A stretch of DNA of 64,000 nucleotides, taken from an uncultured virus (IMG/VR IMGVR_UViG_3300037847_005438). Lineage: Duplodnaviria > Heunggongvirae > Uroviricota > Caudoviricetes. This document shows positions 28,938-40,685 of the stretch, in pieces (within the stretch, counting starts at the first letter, position 1; each line of letters opens with the position of its first letter). The position numbers and the translations under genes are program-made. The DNA lies in IMG/VR virus record IMGVR_UViG_3300037847_005438, positions 1-64,000 of that record, one strand, 5' to 3'. The notes beneath the pieces were generated by a model. That model was not told the origin of the DNA and made no database searches. It worked only from the letters and a program-made list of their open reading frames with translations.

Positions 28938-31900
28938 TTAATAAGGACTACTACCTGAACCACTACCACTACCACTACCACTACTACTAGTACTACTAGC
29001 ACTACTACTACTACCACTACCACCACCACTACCACTAATAAAATTAGATTGTTTTGATAAAACTACACCTAAACCTTGAACACTAAAATCTTCTAAATTA
29101 ATCATGTAAGGAAATGACGCTTGTGGAACTGTAGCGTAAATTCCAGCGGTCGCACTTACAACACCAGTTATATTACTAAACCATTTACCTTCTTTACTTT
29201 TAAACTCTAATATCTGAGCAGCTTGACCTTCGTTTTCTTTAAAATGACTTTTTGATCCACTGTTGTTTCTTATAATATCTGCATACCAACCATTAACACC
29301 AATAGAAGTTCCGTCTTCCCAGTCATTAGTAATAATATGTGTTGCGCCATCTATGACTTCCTCTGAATTTTCGTAATACCTTCTTGATAAACTTCCCTCA
29401 TAATTTAACGTGTGAAAAGTTTTTACTATAGAAGGTTCATCGTTAAAAATAGTTGTAACATGAGATGGTGTAAATTCGTTATAAAAAGTATTATAACCGT
29501 TATTTAGGCTTGCTGTATAATGTTCATATAATTTACCATCTAGTATTGTAAAGTATTTATTAGAAACACTAATACCGTTTTCAGGTATAAATGATTTAAA
29601 ACTTACCCAACCTTTGTTTTCTTCATTAAAACTTATTGTTTTTTCATCATACGGAACCATTTGGCTTACCGTCTGGAGATAAGTTGGAGAGTTTACGTCT
29701 GTGTCAAAGTAGGATTCAGTAGTGTATAAAGCCTTTTGCATGAAAAAGTTGTCTACTTCACCTTCAACTGGTCCTTCTAATATTTGTACAACAAAAGTAT
29801 TTAGTAATTCTCCTCCAAAGTGATCTATAGCTGTACCAGTTGTACCGTTTTCAGATTGCCAATTTAAAGCTCCACTATCATTAATTTCAGTTCCATTTTC
29901 ACCAACGCGGTGTATTTTATCATAAACACCAGTAGGGTTTGTGTCATCAAAACTAATAACGTCTGTTCTAAAGCCTTTGTTAGAACTACCTTCTGACGTA
30001 AAGTAATATATTCTAATTCTTCCAGACGTTAAGCTGTAATTAAATCTTATTCTATAATAACTAGATGGTTTTATTCTTTTATTTATAACTTGTCTTATTT
30101 CTGTAAAATCTGGAGCATCATTAAGTTTTATTTGATTATTTTCAAAGAATATATATTGTGCTGCCTGCAAGTCAAAACCTATAAACTCCCAGTAATCAAC
30201 AGATCCACCTGTTATAAAATTTGATCTATCAATTAATCTTAGGTCAGACAAATCGCAAGTCATCAAAACTGGAGGGGTAGATGATGCATTACTTGTATAC
30301 AAGTTGTCATTTCTAAAACTTATACTATTTTTATTAGGAGCCGCATCTTGATGTGTTTCATTTAACCAATTAGTACTAGGTGTATACGGTTGTTCATTTT
30401 TAGTTATAGAATTTATAGTACCATCAAAATTAAAATCTGTTTTATAAATACCATCTTCGTCAATATACATAGTTAATTTATAACCACTATCAACACTACC
30501 ACCAGGATTGCTTGCAAAATAAAGATCACTTCTAAGCTGTATTTTTAATGTGTCACCTGAGTGATTGTCTACTCTAATTCTAAACTCATAACCATCTACA
30601 GATGGCTTGACACTAATAGGTGTTGATAATGATGAAAAATCTTGTAAAAATATTTGCCCAGGCGCGGTAGCATCTACAAATCTTACTTTATCTCCTTCTA
30701 AAAACAATCTTCTTTGCGAAAAAGCGTGTGGCGTCATAGCGTCATCACCACCACCATAATCTGGTAATTTCCAAGTGGTAGGTGTAGGTGAGGTTGACCA
30801 AACTACATTTTGACCACTGTTATAATCCATACTAAAACTATCAACACTACCACCAGTTTCTCTTTCTGAAATATCCCTAACATTTATTATATCAATTTTA
30901 CCACTAAAATTATAAAATTGTAATCTTAATCTACCATCATTGTTTTGTACGTTATAACTGTCAGGATGTATTTTTACAACAGCTCTATACAACACAGAGT
31001 TGGCAGGCGCAGCTCCATTTGCATAATAACCATTAGATTCTATAGGTATTAAATTATAACCATGTAATTCATTCCAATTTGAATAATCTATTGGACTTAA
31101 TAATATAAAACCTCTGTCATCACCAGGGCTAGTATTATTGTTAGTAGGATTGTTTATAGAACCAAAAGTACCATAAGGTATATTGCTATCATAAAAATTT
31201 TGTGTATCAAAATGACCAGAACCACTAACGTTAACACCTGGTTCAATTAAGCCTCTTGCTAATATACCTGTATTTGAAGGAGGGCTGTGAAGAACAGGAT
31301 CAATAACAACAACATCTATCATAACCCATTTATCAGCAGTTCTTAATAAAGGTATATCAGCAGTATGCGTTATATAAACACTACCAGTAGTTGTTCTTGA
31401 ATCTATTTCTATTTTATCAGATCCATTGTTAATAACACCGTCAGCTTGATCACCTGGAACTATAACTCCATTTGGATTTGGATCATCCCAAGTGTGAACC
31501 GTACCGTTATCATCTGTCATAGAAGTTTGATTTATTACAGGGTTTTCTTGACCAAATTGATTTATTGCTTCTATGTGTTTAGTTGCAAATTGATCGCCAG
31601 ACTGAAAGGTAAGATTCCAAGAAGACGAAGTAAAATCGTGAGAAACTTCAGTCCAAGCAGGTACAGTAGCTGGTGGAATATCACCAAATGTTGGTATTGC
31701 AGGTTGGCCAGTATAATAAATACTATTAAAAGAAAGTATTTTTTCAACTTTTGCACTTGCTAATCTCATTGGTTTTTGAAAACTTTCACCAGGTTTATTT
31801 GTGTTTTTTACTCTGAACTTTAAGTCTTGAACAGCAATACCTTGATGTACATTTAAATTAGCCGCTAAACTACTCGCTGATCTTCTAAATTTAACGTAAA

Positions 31901-34900
31901 AAGTTAATCTCGCAACACCAAGCGAAGCATTAATACTATCTAAGGCAAGTGCTTGCTGAGAATGGTTACTACCACTACCATTCCAAGTTACAGTGTTACC
32001 ACTAACAAAACCTAAATGAAATTGAGTGTTAGTTTGGACCGTGCCAGGGTATCCTGGATTAAAATTATGACCTTCTATTTGGTTTTGCGCTAAAGAATAT
32101 TTATTAACAAAAGGAGTTGTTCCTGAAGACGCTGTCCCAAATGCTTTTCCGCCTTGTCTAAATATTTTATCACTATCAACAGGAGTATTACCATCACAAA
32201 TTATAATTTGAGGTACACAATAATTTGATGTTGAAGTACCACCGGCTTCTACTTCTATTGTAACTTTAAATTCTTCACCATAAAAAGCTGTTAAGTTGTT
32301 TGCGCTATCATAAGCACCTATTGTTTCACCATTTGTAAAACCTGGATTCCAACTAGATTGTATGTTCCAAGCTGGATTATTAGAATTCCAAGAAGATACA
32401 GTTGATTCTACAAGATTAGTTGGCATTGTACCTGAAGTATGTGTAAATGGAAATAAAGCATACTTAGTCTCACTACCAGATACAAGATTGCTACCTGCTG
32501 CAAAAACTAAACCAGCATAAGCATCAGACCCACCAAAAAAACCGTCTTGATCATCAAATATACTACCAATAAGATTACTATTTAAAAGTGGCATTTCGAA
32601 CCAAGTGGTGTTAACACCAATAGTTTCGTGATAGGATTTGTTATCATTATATACTTGAGCTGTTTGATTAGCAACTGATCTAGCCCAAACATAACCGTCA
32701 CCAAAAAAATCAACAGTTGGATCATTATGAAAAGGACCACTAGTACCGTAATTAACAGCTGTTGTTTGCCCAGTGCTAACGCCAGAAGGTGCAGACGTAA
32801 AATTATGATCAAATATTGTTTTTGTAGTAGTGTCAAAACCTACAAAAGATTCAGCTACAAATGGTTGTCCAGTTTGAGCTTGTTGGTACTGCCCTTGAGG
32901 TATAGCCGCGTAGTTAGTTACAGTTGTTTGACTATCTAAATGTCTAAGCGTAACTTCAGGAATATTGTTATAAGAAGAACTATTTACACTATTTACACGT
33001 ATTTCGGTTTGATTAATTTGAGTTCCAGAAGCAAAACTACCATTTTCAATAACATTACTAGCGCTAGGCGTTAAATTAATTAACTCTTCACCAGCTGTTA
33101 TAAATGAGTTTCTTAATAAATTTTGTGTAAAGTTATTTGTAAAAGTAATATTATATTCTTTTTTATACTCATCATATGTACCAACTAATTCATTTGGAAT
33201 TTTTAAATTATCTCTAAACCAATCACGCATACCAATATTTGATATAGGTGTTAATCCATCCATAGACAATCTAAGAACCGCGCCTCTTTGTTTATCTGTG
33301 AAATAAGCTCTATAAGATTCTGAGGCAAAACTTTCTGGGTTTTTTGATATACCGTAATCACCAACAAAAGGTGTTGCTGTACCTAAAACCTTATTAGACG
33401 CGATTAATTGTGGATTACCATCCGCATTAAATAGTGTATCTTTACCAGCTACTATATCTACTATTCTATCTTCACAAAAAGCAACCAATCCAACTCTTCT
33501 TTGAAATAACTTTTGTATACTACCGTAAGTTGGGTTTAAGTCTTTTGTTATTTTTTCAGCCATTATAAACTGATTAAGATCGTTTACACTAACGTCAGCA
33601 TTGTATATACCAGAATAAATTAAACCATTTGTCCTTGTTTCTTCTTGATAATTAGATTCTAAAGTAGAAGATACTATTGGTCCTTTTGATATAGTCATTT
33701 CGTTAAAACCATCTCTTATTCTATTTGATTCAATACCATTACCAAAAGAAAAACAATTATACCAACTCAATCCAACTTCTAAATCTCTACCTATATTTGA
33801 ATCTATATAAAACCTTGTTCTTAACGTACTAGTGCTAGTAAGTGGTGATCCACTACTAAGTGTTCCTGCTCCTAAAGTGTTACTAGGATCTGATGGTTGT
33901 GCTGATAGTAAAGCTGTAGTGTAGCTACCATCTTTCCTATAAAACCTAACTTTAGTATTAGAATAATCAATTTCATCGTTAGCATTGTCTAAAAATTGCC
34001 AACCTGGTTTTATTTCAAACTCATTTTTACTTATCCATCTAGTAATAACGCTACCAGTATAATTATAATTTAAGTTTTCAACTCTACAACCTACAGGAGC
34101 AAATATTTCACAAGTATTATCGTTAAGCTTAATAGGTATAACATCGCTAGCTTCGTGATATATATCTAAATCAATACTTTCTTTTGGCTCTGTTTCCCAA
34201 ATTATAGGTTGCTCAGAATTTACCTCTATAAAACTAGTTGCTTGTTCTATAAATTGAATAGCAGAACTAGTATCAAGATCTATATTAGTACCGTCTACAG
34301 GATTGTATGTTGAGCTTTTTGGATTTTTATCTACTTCTATTATATAACAAAGTCTTCTATTGTTAGCTCTACCAAAATCTCTAATAGTATCTTTAGCATG
34401 AGCAAGCTTGTCATCGTTACCACCACTTGAACCATCAGGTACATGGTTTCCATCAGAATCTACAGTGTCAGCCCAATCCATTACAGCTTTTTCGACAGAA
34501 TCAGAACCTTGATCGTATAACCAAGGTGTGGATCCACCCCAATATAATTGTTTTTTCCAACCGGTGTGGTTGTATAGTTTTTTTATTGAAACTTTTTTTA
34601 TAGTATAAATTTCTTCATTTGAATCAGCTTCAAATTTAAATTGTTTACCAATTTTTAAATTATCTATAAAACTTTGTATTTCTTTAGCATTTTCATTACT
34701 TTTTTTCCAAGTTGGATTCCATTGGTTTTCGTGTCTTTCTTTATATCTTTCATCATAACCAAAAGAATTTTTTACACCTGGACCTGGTGCTTCGTTTGTT
34801 GATTCATCAAACTTAACCGCTTCACCGTTAAAAGCCATTTCAACTGTATCTCCAATACCGTCCTCATAATCTGTTTTACCTTCCATAGGGACTACTATTT

Positions 34901-37900
34901 GATCATCGTTTGCACCAAATACAGCTCCATCATCTTTAGTAAAAACACCACCACCCCAAATACCTTGTAAGCCATTAGCAATAGAATTATTACCAGGAGA
35001 TATAGAATCACCCATGCCAGATGTTGAGTCAACTAAATCTTCACCTGGAGCTAAAATTGACAAGTGTATAAAAAACCTACCAGTTTCTTTTTCTTCACCA
35101 TAAGTATTATCAGGATTTAAATGAGCTTTGTACATGCCCACACCAGGTGCATATTCTTTTTTCCATCTTCTAATACCTATACCGTTACCATAACCAGCTT
35201 GATCATTATAAAAAAGATCTTTATAAGGTTTATCTGTATGAGTAAGATCACTTGTTATAACACCTTCTAAACCGTTAACGGCGTAGCTACTATCATTTGT
35301 ATTATCATTGTACCATTGACCACTAGCGTGTTTTGGGAATTTCCATCCAAATTTATAACCCCACTGAGAGCCTAATCTATTAGCAGCTGCTACAACAACA
35401 CTAGAAAAACCTTCTCCAGCTTTTGCTATTAAACTTGTTCTTCTACCATCCCATATTGGATTTTCTGGATATTCTACATGTATGCCTTGCCAAATTTGAC
35501 CAGAATTTTTAGCATAGTTATCACCACATATTTGTCCAGCTTGCATATACATCGCATCAATAAAAAAGTTACTGTCTCCAATTTCACTTTTTACTTGGCT
35601 CCAGTATGATGGTCGATCTGTTAACTGGTGCCCGTGAAGTTCTTCTGGTGAGTCAGTACCACCAGTTGGTACACTTGTGTTTGTAGAGTTAACAAGACCT
35701 TCATTCATATTAGAACCAGAGTATACTTTATCCGCAGCATAAAAACAAGGTCTTCTAGCTGATATAACGTAATCACTAAGAATATCCGTGTTTGAATCTA
35801 ATATACTACTTTTTAATATTGGATCGCTAAAAACTTTAACAAAAAACTTACCACTAAAGTTTTCATTATTTTTTTCTCTTCTTTGTTCTATTTGAAAAGA
35901 AACATTTGCATTTAAACTAGTAGTGCTACCAGCAGTACCTGTAGATATAAAATGATCTTCTCTACTAATAGGTTTTTCAATTTTTAATCTTACAACATCA
36001 CTAACAACATTTGCATCTATTATTTTGTATTTATTAGAATATGCAATACCATTATCAATCTCTCTATTCCAAGACATATACATATTGCCTTTTAAATAAT
36101 CTTTATCACCACTCCACTCACCGCTACCACCCCCAGCTAAAACAGCGCCGTCACAATTTGCACCTGTCCATGCTAATGTATCAATTTCAATAACAGTTTT
36201 TCCTCTAGTTGGTCTAGCGTCTGCGTTAGTAAATATACTACCTAAAACACCTACCACTTCCCTATTGTTAGCAACACCCATTGAAAAATATTCAAATTTA
36301 ACAAAGTCTGGGGCTTCGTTTTGTATATCTATAACTTTAAATCTATTTTTATCTAAGACCTGTGTTTGGCCGCTACCTATTTTCTTTTTTAGTATTATGT
36401 AATCATCTTCTTTTATTTTATTTCTTTCTGCTGAAGGAAAAGACAACCATAAAGTGTGTTGCATTTCATTTAGTGTCATATCATGAGGAAGATATGCTTT
36501 TTCCATTATTAAATTATAATATTCACCAGAAGTTTCTTTTACAAAATATTTTATATATTCAGCAAAACTAGGTGGATCTTTTTCTAATTTAGCTTCTATT
36601 TGATTTGTTTGATTCGCTGATATAACACCTGAAAAACTTTTCCAAGGAACACGAACCGCACTTTTACTAGATGTAAATACTGGTGTTTCTCTACCATACT
36701 TATCACCAAAAACTACACCTACTTGATAATTTCTTTGAGACTTTATAGATGGTAATCCACCATCTTCAAAATTACTATGCGGTAATAAATAGCTACCTCT
36801 ATTTTTATAAGTGGCTATTAAATTTGGTATTGATGTTTCAGGATTATAACCTTGAGTATAATTACCATAAACAACTCTATTACTAGTTATTTCTTGAGAT
36901 AATGCTTTTCTAGGTAAATTATCCCAAGGTCTTAATGTTTGGTTTTCTGGCAAAGCAGCTCTTATATTTTCTGAATCAACTATATATCTACCTTTATGGC
37001 CGTCACCTAAGTGGTTAGTTACAACGCCACCAGCGTTACTCCCACTAGACCATTTTCTACGCGCCAAAGGTATATCACCTTGAAAAGTTCCAGCAGCATG
37101 GAACTCGTCGTCTGTATACTTTATATTTGCAATAACGTAAACAACGTTAGAATTTTCTTGTTTATACAATATATCAACTTGCACAACATCAGAAAGCGTA
37201 TCTGGTAAAATAAAATTAGAAAGCTCTATAGATTTTATTTTATTTACCATAGAAGTATTTGTTGCTTCTTGCGCATTGTATACAAAACCTAAACTATTTT
37301 TTTCGTTTTGTGGATTAAAAATAACATCTGTATATGGCGCAATTGCTGAATATTGATTGTCAATATATTTGTATCTATAAGAAAATCTAGGAAATATTTT
37401 TTCAAATATAGGATCGTCAGACTTGTTTGATGTAGTATTTATTTTTACATCTAACTTTTTACTTGGTTTTTTTCTTATAGCAATTATATGTTCTTCTGTT
37501 ATATCTTCAGTTACATTGTCACCAAAAAAAACATCACCAACAGCAACTTCATCATAATTAGGACCGGGTGCAGCTCTTCGCATTGTCGGTCCCATTTTCC
37601 AACCGGTACTGTTATGTTGCCCATGGAAAATTGCAAATCTTCCTCTATATATTTCTTCTCCGTTTCTATATTGTATAGCGTCAACATCATAATTGTTTGG
37701 GCTAAAAAGACCTTGTGGATTTGCAAAGCTTATATTAAAAGTTTTTTCAATATCTTTTAAATGAAACTTACCGTATCTACCAACTTGACCTTTTAATGTA
37801 AATTCATCACCAGTTATAAGTTCACCTGTAATAGGGTGAGTATCACCACCAGAACTTGCGTCGTTTGGACGATTAAAAACAGATGTTATTGTAGTTCCAT

Positions 37901-38438
37901 GAAAACTTCCTTTTTCAAAACTTAGTTGAGTATGACTACCGTTTACTAATGCATCTATAGGTGTACCATCAATACATCTTTGTATATCTATTCTTCTAGG
38001 CTCATTAACACCATCTGTCCAAAGTAATAAGTTATTTATTATATTTATACCTGTTATTATTTTATTTGGAAACTTTAAAACAGCTTCAGGTGTACCTACT
38101 TTAGTATCAACTAAAACAGGTATAATACCATATTCAATAGAGTACTCTAATATAGCTTCAAAATTAGTATGGTTAGCATTAAACTCTCTTTTTACAAACC
38201 AATATAATTTATCATTTTTTTCGTCAGCAATAGCACCAATACATTTACAATCACTAGGAACTAAATTACCAGATACTAAAGAATTACCTAGTATATTTTG
38301 AACAGTACCAACATCAGAACCTTCGGATGTAGTTACTTGAATATTCATAGCGTCTCTATATTCACCCTTAGGAATAAGTCTCTCGTCCAGATCCTTATTC
38401 ATTCTAGCTTTTAAAAAAGTATTCTTAATCTCCGGCAT
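28938..38438 (-). CDS. tail nozzle/muzzle (stabilisation) protein with large insertions, 3166 aa
   Basis: N-terminal RMNKDLDERLIPKGEYRDAMNI; core YGISKNPESFA...YFTDKQRGAVLRLSMDGLTPIS; follows the ring proteins. Confidence 0.75.
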   Translation of the reverse strand: MPEIKNTFLKARMNKDLDERLIPKGEYRDAMNIQVTTSEGSDVGTVQNILGNSLVSGNLVPSDCKCIGAIADEKNDKLYWFVKREFNANHTNFEAILEYSIEYGIIPVLVDTKVGTPEAVLKFPNKIITGINIINNLLLWTDGVNEPRRIDIQRCIDGTPIDALVNGSHTQLSFEKGSFHGTTITSVFNRPNDASSGGDTHPITGELITGDEFTLKGQVGRYGKFHLKDIEKTFNISFANPQGLFSPNNYDVDAIQYRNGEEIYRGRFAIFHGQHNSTGWKMGPTMRRAAPGPNYDEVAVGDVFFGDNVTEDITEEHIIAIRKKPSKKLDVKINTTSNKSDDPIFEKIFPRFSYRYKYIDNQYSAIAPYTDVIFNPQNEKNSLGFVYNAQEATNTSMVNKIKSIELSNFILPDTLSDVVQVDILYKQENSNVVYVIANIKYTDDEFHAAGTFQGDIPLARRKWSSGSNAGGVVTNHLGDGHKGRYIVDSENIRAALPENQTLRPWDNLPRKALSQEITSNRVVYGNYTQGYNPETSIPNLIATYKNRGSYLLPHSNFEDGGLPSIKSQRNYQVGVVFGDKYGRETPVFTSSKSAVRVPWKSFSGVISANQTNQIEAKLEKDPPSFAEYIKYFVKETSGEYYNLIMEKAYLPHDMTLNEMQHTLWLSFPSAERNKIKEDDYIILKKKIGSGQTQVLDKNRFKVIDIQNEAPDFVKFEYFSMGVANNREVVGVLGSIFTNADARPTRGKTVIEIDTLAWTGANCDGAVLAGGGSGEWSGDKDYLKGNMYMSWNREIDNGIAYSNKYKIIDANVVSDVVRLKIEKPISREDHFISTGTAGSTTSLNANVSFQIEQRREKNNENFSGKFFVKVFSDPILKSSILDSNTDILSDYVISARRPCFYAADKVYSGSNMNEGLVNSTNTSVPTGGTDSPEELHGHQLTDRPSYWSQVKSEIGDSNFFIDAMYMQAGQICGDNYAKNSGQIWQGIHVEYPENPIWDGRRTSLIAKAGEGFSSVVVAAANRLGSQWGYKFGWKFPKHASGQWYNDNTNDSSYAVNGLEGVITSDLTHTDKPYKDLFYNDQAGYGNGIGIRRWKKEYAPGVGMYKAHLNPDNTYGEEKETGRFFIHLSILAPGEDLVDSTSGMGDSISPGNNSIANGLQGIWGGGVFTKDDGAVFGANDDQIVVPMEGKTDYEDGIGDTVEMAFNGEAVKFDESTNEAPGPGVKNSFGYDERYKERHENQWNPTWKKSNENAKEIQSFIDNLKIGKQFKFEADSNEEIYTIKKVSIKKLYNHTGWKKQLYWGGSTPWLYDQGSDSVEKAVMDWADTVDSDGNHVPDGSSGGNDDKLAHAKDTIRDFGRANNRRLCYIIEVDKNPKSSTYNPVDGTNIDLDTSSAIQFIEQATSFIEVNSEQPIIWETEPKESIDLDIYHEASDVIPIKLNDNTCEIFAPVGCRVENLNYNYTGSVITRWISKNEFEIKPGWQFLDNANDEIDYSNTKVRFYRKDGSYTTALLSAQPSDPSNTLGAGTLSSGSPLTSTSTLRTRFYIDSNIGRDLEVGLSWYNCFSFGNGIESNRIRDGFNEMTISKGPIVSSTLESNYQEETRTNGLIYSGIYNADVSVNDLNQFIMAEKITKDLNPTYGSIQKLFQRRVGLVAFCEDRIVDIVAGKDTLFNADGNPQLIASNKVLGTATPFVGDYGISKNPESFASESYRAYFTDKQRGAVLRLSMDGLTPISNIGMRDWFRDNLKIPNELVGTYDEYKKEYNITFTNNFTQNLLRNSFITAGEELINLTPSASNVIENGSFASGTQINQTEIRVNSVNSSSYNNIPEVTLRHLDSQTTVTNYAAIPQGQYQQAQTGQPFVAESFVGFDTTTKTIFDHNFTSAPSGVSTGQTTAVNYGTSGPFHNDPTVDFFGDGYVWARSVANQTAQVYNDNKSYHETIGVNTTWFEMPLLNSNLIGSIFDDQDGFFGGSDAYAGLVFAAGSNLVSGSETKYALFPFTHTSGTMPTNLVESTVSSWNSNNPAWNIQSSWNPGFTNGETIGAYDSANNLTAFYGEEFKVTIEVEAGGTSTSNYCVPQIIICDGNTPVDSDKIFRQGGKAFGTASSGTTPFVNKYSLAQNQIEGHNFNPGYPGTVQTNTQFHLGFVSGNTVTWNGSGSNHSQQALALDSINASLGVARLTFYVKFRRSASSLAANLNVHQGIAVQDLKFRVKNTNKPGESFQKPMRLASAKVEKILSFNSIYYTGQPAIPTFGDIPPATVPAWTEVSHDFTSSSWNLTFQSGDQFATKHIEAINQFGQENPVINQTSMTDDNGTVHTWDDPNPNGVIVPGDQADGVINNGSDKIEIDSRTTTGSVYITHTADIPLLRTADKWVMIDVVVIDPVLHSPPSNTGILARGLIEPGVNVSGSGHFDTQNFYDSNIPYGTFGSINNPTNNNTSPGDDRGFILLSPIDYSNWNELHGYNLIPIESNGYYANGAAPANSVLYRAVVKIHPDSYNVQNNDGRLRLQFYNFSGKIDIINVRDISERETGGSVDSFSMDYNSGQNVVWSTSPTPTTWKLPDYGGGDDAMTPHAFSQRRLFLEGDKVRFVDATAPGQIFLQDFSSLSTPISVKPSVDGYEFRIRVDNHSGDTLKIQLRSDLYFASNPGGSVDSGYKLTMYIDEDGIYKTDFNFDGTINSITKNEQPYTPSTNWLNETHQDAAPNKNSISFRNDNLYTSNASSTPPVLMTCDLSDLRLIDRSNFITGGSVDYWEFIGFDLQAAQYIFFENNQIKLNDAPDFTEIRQVINKRIKPSSYYRIRFNYSLTSGRIRIYYFTSEGSSNKGFRTDVISFDDTNPTGVYDKIHRVGENGTEINDSGALNWQSENGTTGTAIDHFGGELLNTFVVQILEGPVEGEVDNFFMQKALYTTESYFDTDVNSPTYLQTVSQMVPYDEKTISFNEENKGWVSFKSFIPENGISVSNKYFTILDGKLYEHYTASLNNGYNTFYNEFTPSHVTTIFNDEPSIVKTFHTLNYEGSLSRRYYENSEEVIDGATHIITNDWEDGTSIGVNGWYADIIRNNSGSKSHFKENEGQAAQILEFKSKEGKWFSNITGVVSATAGIYATVPQASFPYMINLEDFSVQGLGVVLSKQSNFISGSGGGSGSSSSASSTSSSGSGSGSGSGSSPY
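28945..29037. repeat. (CTA/CCA) microsatellite-like tract encoding a Ser/Gly tail
   Basis: ccactaccactaccacta...; translates to SGSGGGSGSSSSASSTSSSGSGSGSGSGSS. Confidence 0.8.
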
Positions 38439-38441
38439 TTA

Positions 38442-39929
38442 TTAATGTTTTATGTGTTTTGATTTACCTCTTAAAACTTGAGTTATATCTTCTAATTTTA
38501 TATTAGAAAGTCTTAGTTTTGCATTTCTAATAGCAGCAAATTTTTCTCTTTTAAGTCTTGGTACTATTTGTTGCGTTATTATTTGTGAAGAAGCAATAGC
38601 GTGTAGTATATATCTATACATAGCTTCTTCAGCAAATTTATGAACTTGCATTTCAGATTCAGTACCCAAACCGTCGCTTATATAATCTAATACAACAGTT
38701 TTTCCAGAAAGATTTGAGCTAAAATGTATTTTACCTAAAGTATTGTCTATATAAAAAGACCCGTTAGTTTGAGCATGTGAAGGCTCTAAACCATATCGTT
38801 CACCTTCATAAGGCCAATAAACATCATCTTCATAATTATCGTTTTCTACTTCACTTGGCGTTGTTGATTTATAATTAGTCCAAGTTGTTGAATTACCATT
38901 TGAATTACCAGCTGTCAAAGCTTGCATTTCTGTTAAATTAGATATTACTATATCATCAACGCTATTTTCACCAAATATAGCTGCATCATAAGTACCAAAA
39001 GCCATATCAAACTCTATAACGCTTGTTATTACAACCCAAACAGTACTATAAGTAGAAACATCTATAAATTCATCTTCAGCCAACTCTTTAGTAACACCAC
39101 TTTCTCCAAAAGTCCACTCTAAAACAGAATCGTTACCGTCACTAGTTTGTAACCAAGGCATGTTTAAGTCTGGAGAAACATTATTACCAGTTGTATAAGC
39201 TTTTGTGTAACCACCTGGATTATGAATATTAGGGTCTATACCTATTATACCTAATTTTAAATCACCACCAAATAATTTTGTTCCTGCTCCTTGAGTTGTT
39301 CCTTTAGCAGATATAGATATTTGATTAATATCAGCAACATCAATAGGTTGATAACATTTATATATTTTACTAAGATTACGACCAAAACTATTATGTGCAA
39401 ATTGTTTAAAATTTAAAAATCCATTAGGTGCGTCTATAATATCACCAAGAGATTGTTGAGATGGTGTTATACCTGACTTATTCCAAGGATTTATTAAACC
39501 ATCTGTAAAGTCCATGTTTACACCTATTTCAAATTCACCTGGAAAAGTATAATTACCATCATCATCTTGAGTTATGCTAAAAGGATTTGAAGTATGTCTT
39601 GTAAAATATATAGGATGTTTTATACCAGCGCTATCAACAGAAGATATTTTAGTATAATTTACATAATCATGTGGCAATATCATTTGTAACGTGGGTGGTA
39701 CTACAATTTCTTGAGCTTTTAAAGATTTGAAAGTATCAAAAGATAATTCAGCTAAAGCTCTTTGAGCGTGGAAAGCAACATCAACTCTAGTACAACTAGG
39801 TATAATTTTTTGTTTACCAACGTAAACAACCATAAATTGATTTATTATATCATCTAATGAAACAAATTGATAATTACCAAAACTATTGCCTTGATAATAA
39901 CCTTGTTGTGTTTGATCTAGTAATGCCAT
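38442..39929 (-). CDS. tail ring/adaptor protein
   Basis: LPHDYVNYTKIS, VVLDYISDGL, QVHKFAEEAMY; between capsid and nozzle genes. Confidence 0.65.
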   Translation of the reverse strand: MALLDQTQQGYYQGNSFGNYQFVSLDDIINQFMVVYVGKQKIIPSCTRVDVAFHAQRALAELSFDTFKSLKAQEIVVPPTLQMILPHDYVNYTKISSVDSAGIKHPIYFTRHTSNPFSITQDDDGNYTFPGEFEIGVNMDFTDGLINPWNKSGITPSQQSLGDIIDAPNGFLNFKQFAHNSFGRNLSKIYKCYQPIDVADINQISISAKGTTQGAGTKLFGGDLKLGIIGIDPNIHNPGGYTKAYTTGNNVSPDLNMPWLQTSDGNDSVLEWTFGESGVTKELAEDEFIDVSTYSTVWVVITSVIEFDMAFGTYDAAIFGENSVDDIVISNLTEMQALTAGNSNGNSTTWTNYKSTTPSEVENDNYEDDVYWPYEGERYGLEPSHAQTNGSFYIDNTLGKIHFSSNLSGKTVVLDYISDGLGTESEMQVHKFAEEAMYRYILHAIASSQIITQQIVPRLKREKFAAIRNAKLRLSNIKLEDITQVLRGKSKHIKH

Positions 39930-39935
39930 TTATTA

Positions 39936-40628
39936 TTAGTTTTCTTGTTGTAATTTACTTATTTCTTCTTGTCCAGCTGCTTGAGCTAAATTATAATCTT
40001 TTAAATTAATACCAGCCATTTTTGATATTTTTAAAACTAACTCTACTTCTTCAGATTGGTGTAATTCAAAAGATTGATGATCTGCAGCGCTTGGATTATA
40101 TAAAGCTTTGTTAGATACAACTATATAAGTCCAATTAACTCTTTTAGGTTTTCTTAAATAGTACATCCTATAATTACCAGTATCGTCAGTTGAAGCTGGA
40201 TAAAAATACATTGTATTATCTTGTATAGTGTATATTGGTCTAGAGTGCGTCGCTCTTGTGAGTGGTGAGTTTTGTGATTGAATTAAATCATTTTGATTTA
40301 TTTCTTCTACTTCTACAGATCTATTGAAAGGATTTTCTGCACCGTTGTTAAAATCAGATTGTAACTTAAACACGTTCCCTATTCTATAAAAATCTGAAAT
40401 ACCACTTAAATCAGTACCGTTAGGAGTTTCTTGTGTTTTTTTAAAAGGATATAATTTTTCTTCTACTAAATTACCTTTATTATTATCTAAATCATAAAAG
40501 TATTGCTCAAAAATATCCATTTGAGCCTGGTTGGCAAATAAGTTAAACTCTTGTGGTGTTATATAACCCCTCTGTTCTTTATTAGCTAAAGCTAATACTC
40601 GTTGATATACTTTGTCTATATTTACCAT
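39936..40628 (-). CDS. head-tail adaptor / ring protein
   Basis: NKEQRGYITPQEFNLFANQAQ, YYLRKP, FELHQSE; position. Confidence 0.65.
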   Translation of the reverse strand: MVNIDKVYQRVLALANKEQRGYITPQEFNLFANQAQMDIFEQYFYDLDNNKGNLVEEKLYPFKKTQETPNGTDLSGISDFYRIGNVFKLQSDFNNGAENPFNRSVEVEEINQNDLIQSQNSPLTRATHSRPIYTIQDNTMYFYPASTDDTGNYRMYYLRKPKRVNWTYIVVSNKALYNPSAADHQSFELHQSEEVELVLKISKMAGINLKDYNLAQAAGQEEISKLQQEN

Positions 40629-40648
40629 AATATTTTTTTATTGTAGTT

Positions 40649-40672
40649 GTAATCGCCCCGTAGGGCGACTAC
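40649..40672 (-). other. intergenic RNA hairpin with UNCG loop
   Basis: Minus strand GTAGTCGCCC-TACG-GGGCGATTAC; no U-tract follows, so more likely a stabiliser or processing hairpin than a terminator. Confidence 0.6.
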
Positions 40673-40685
40673 CTCTACAGTTTGA

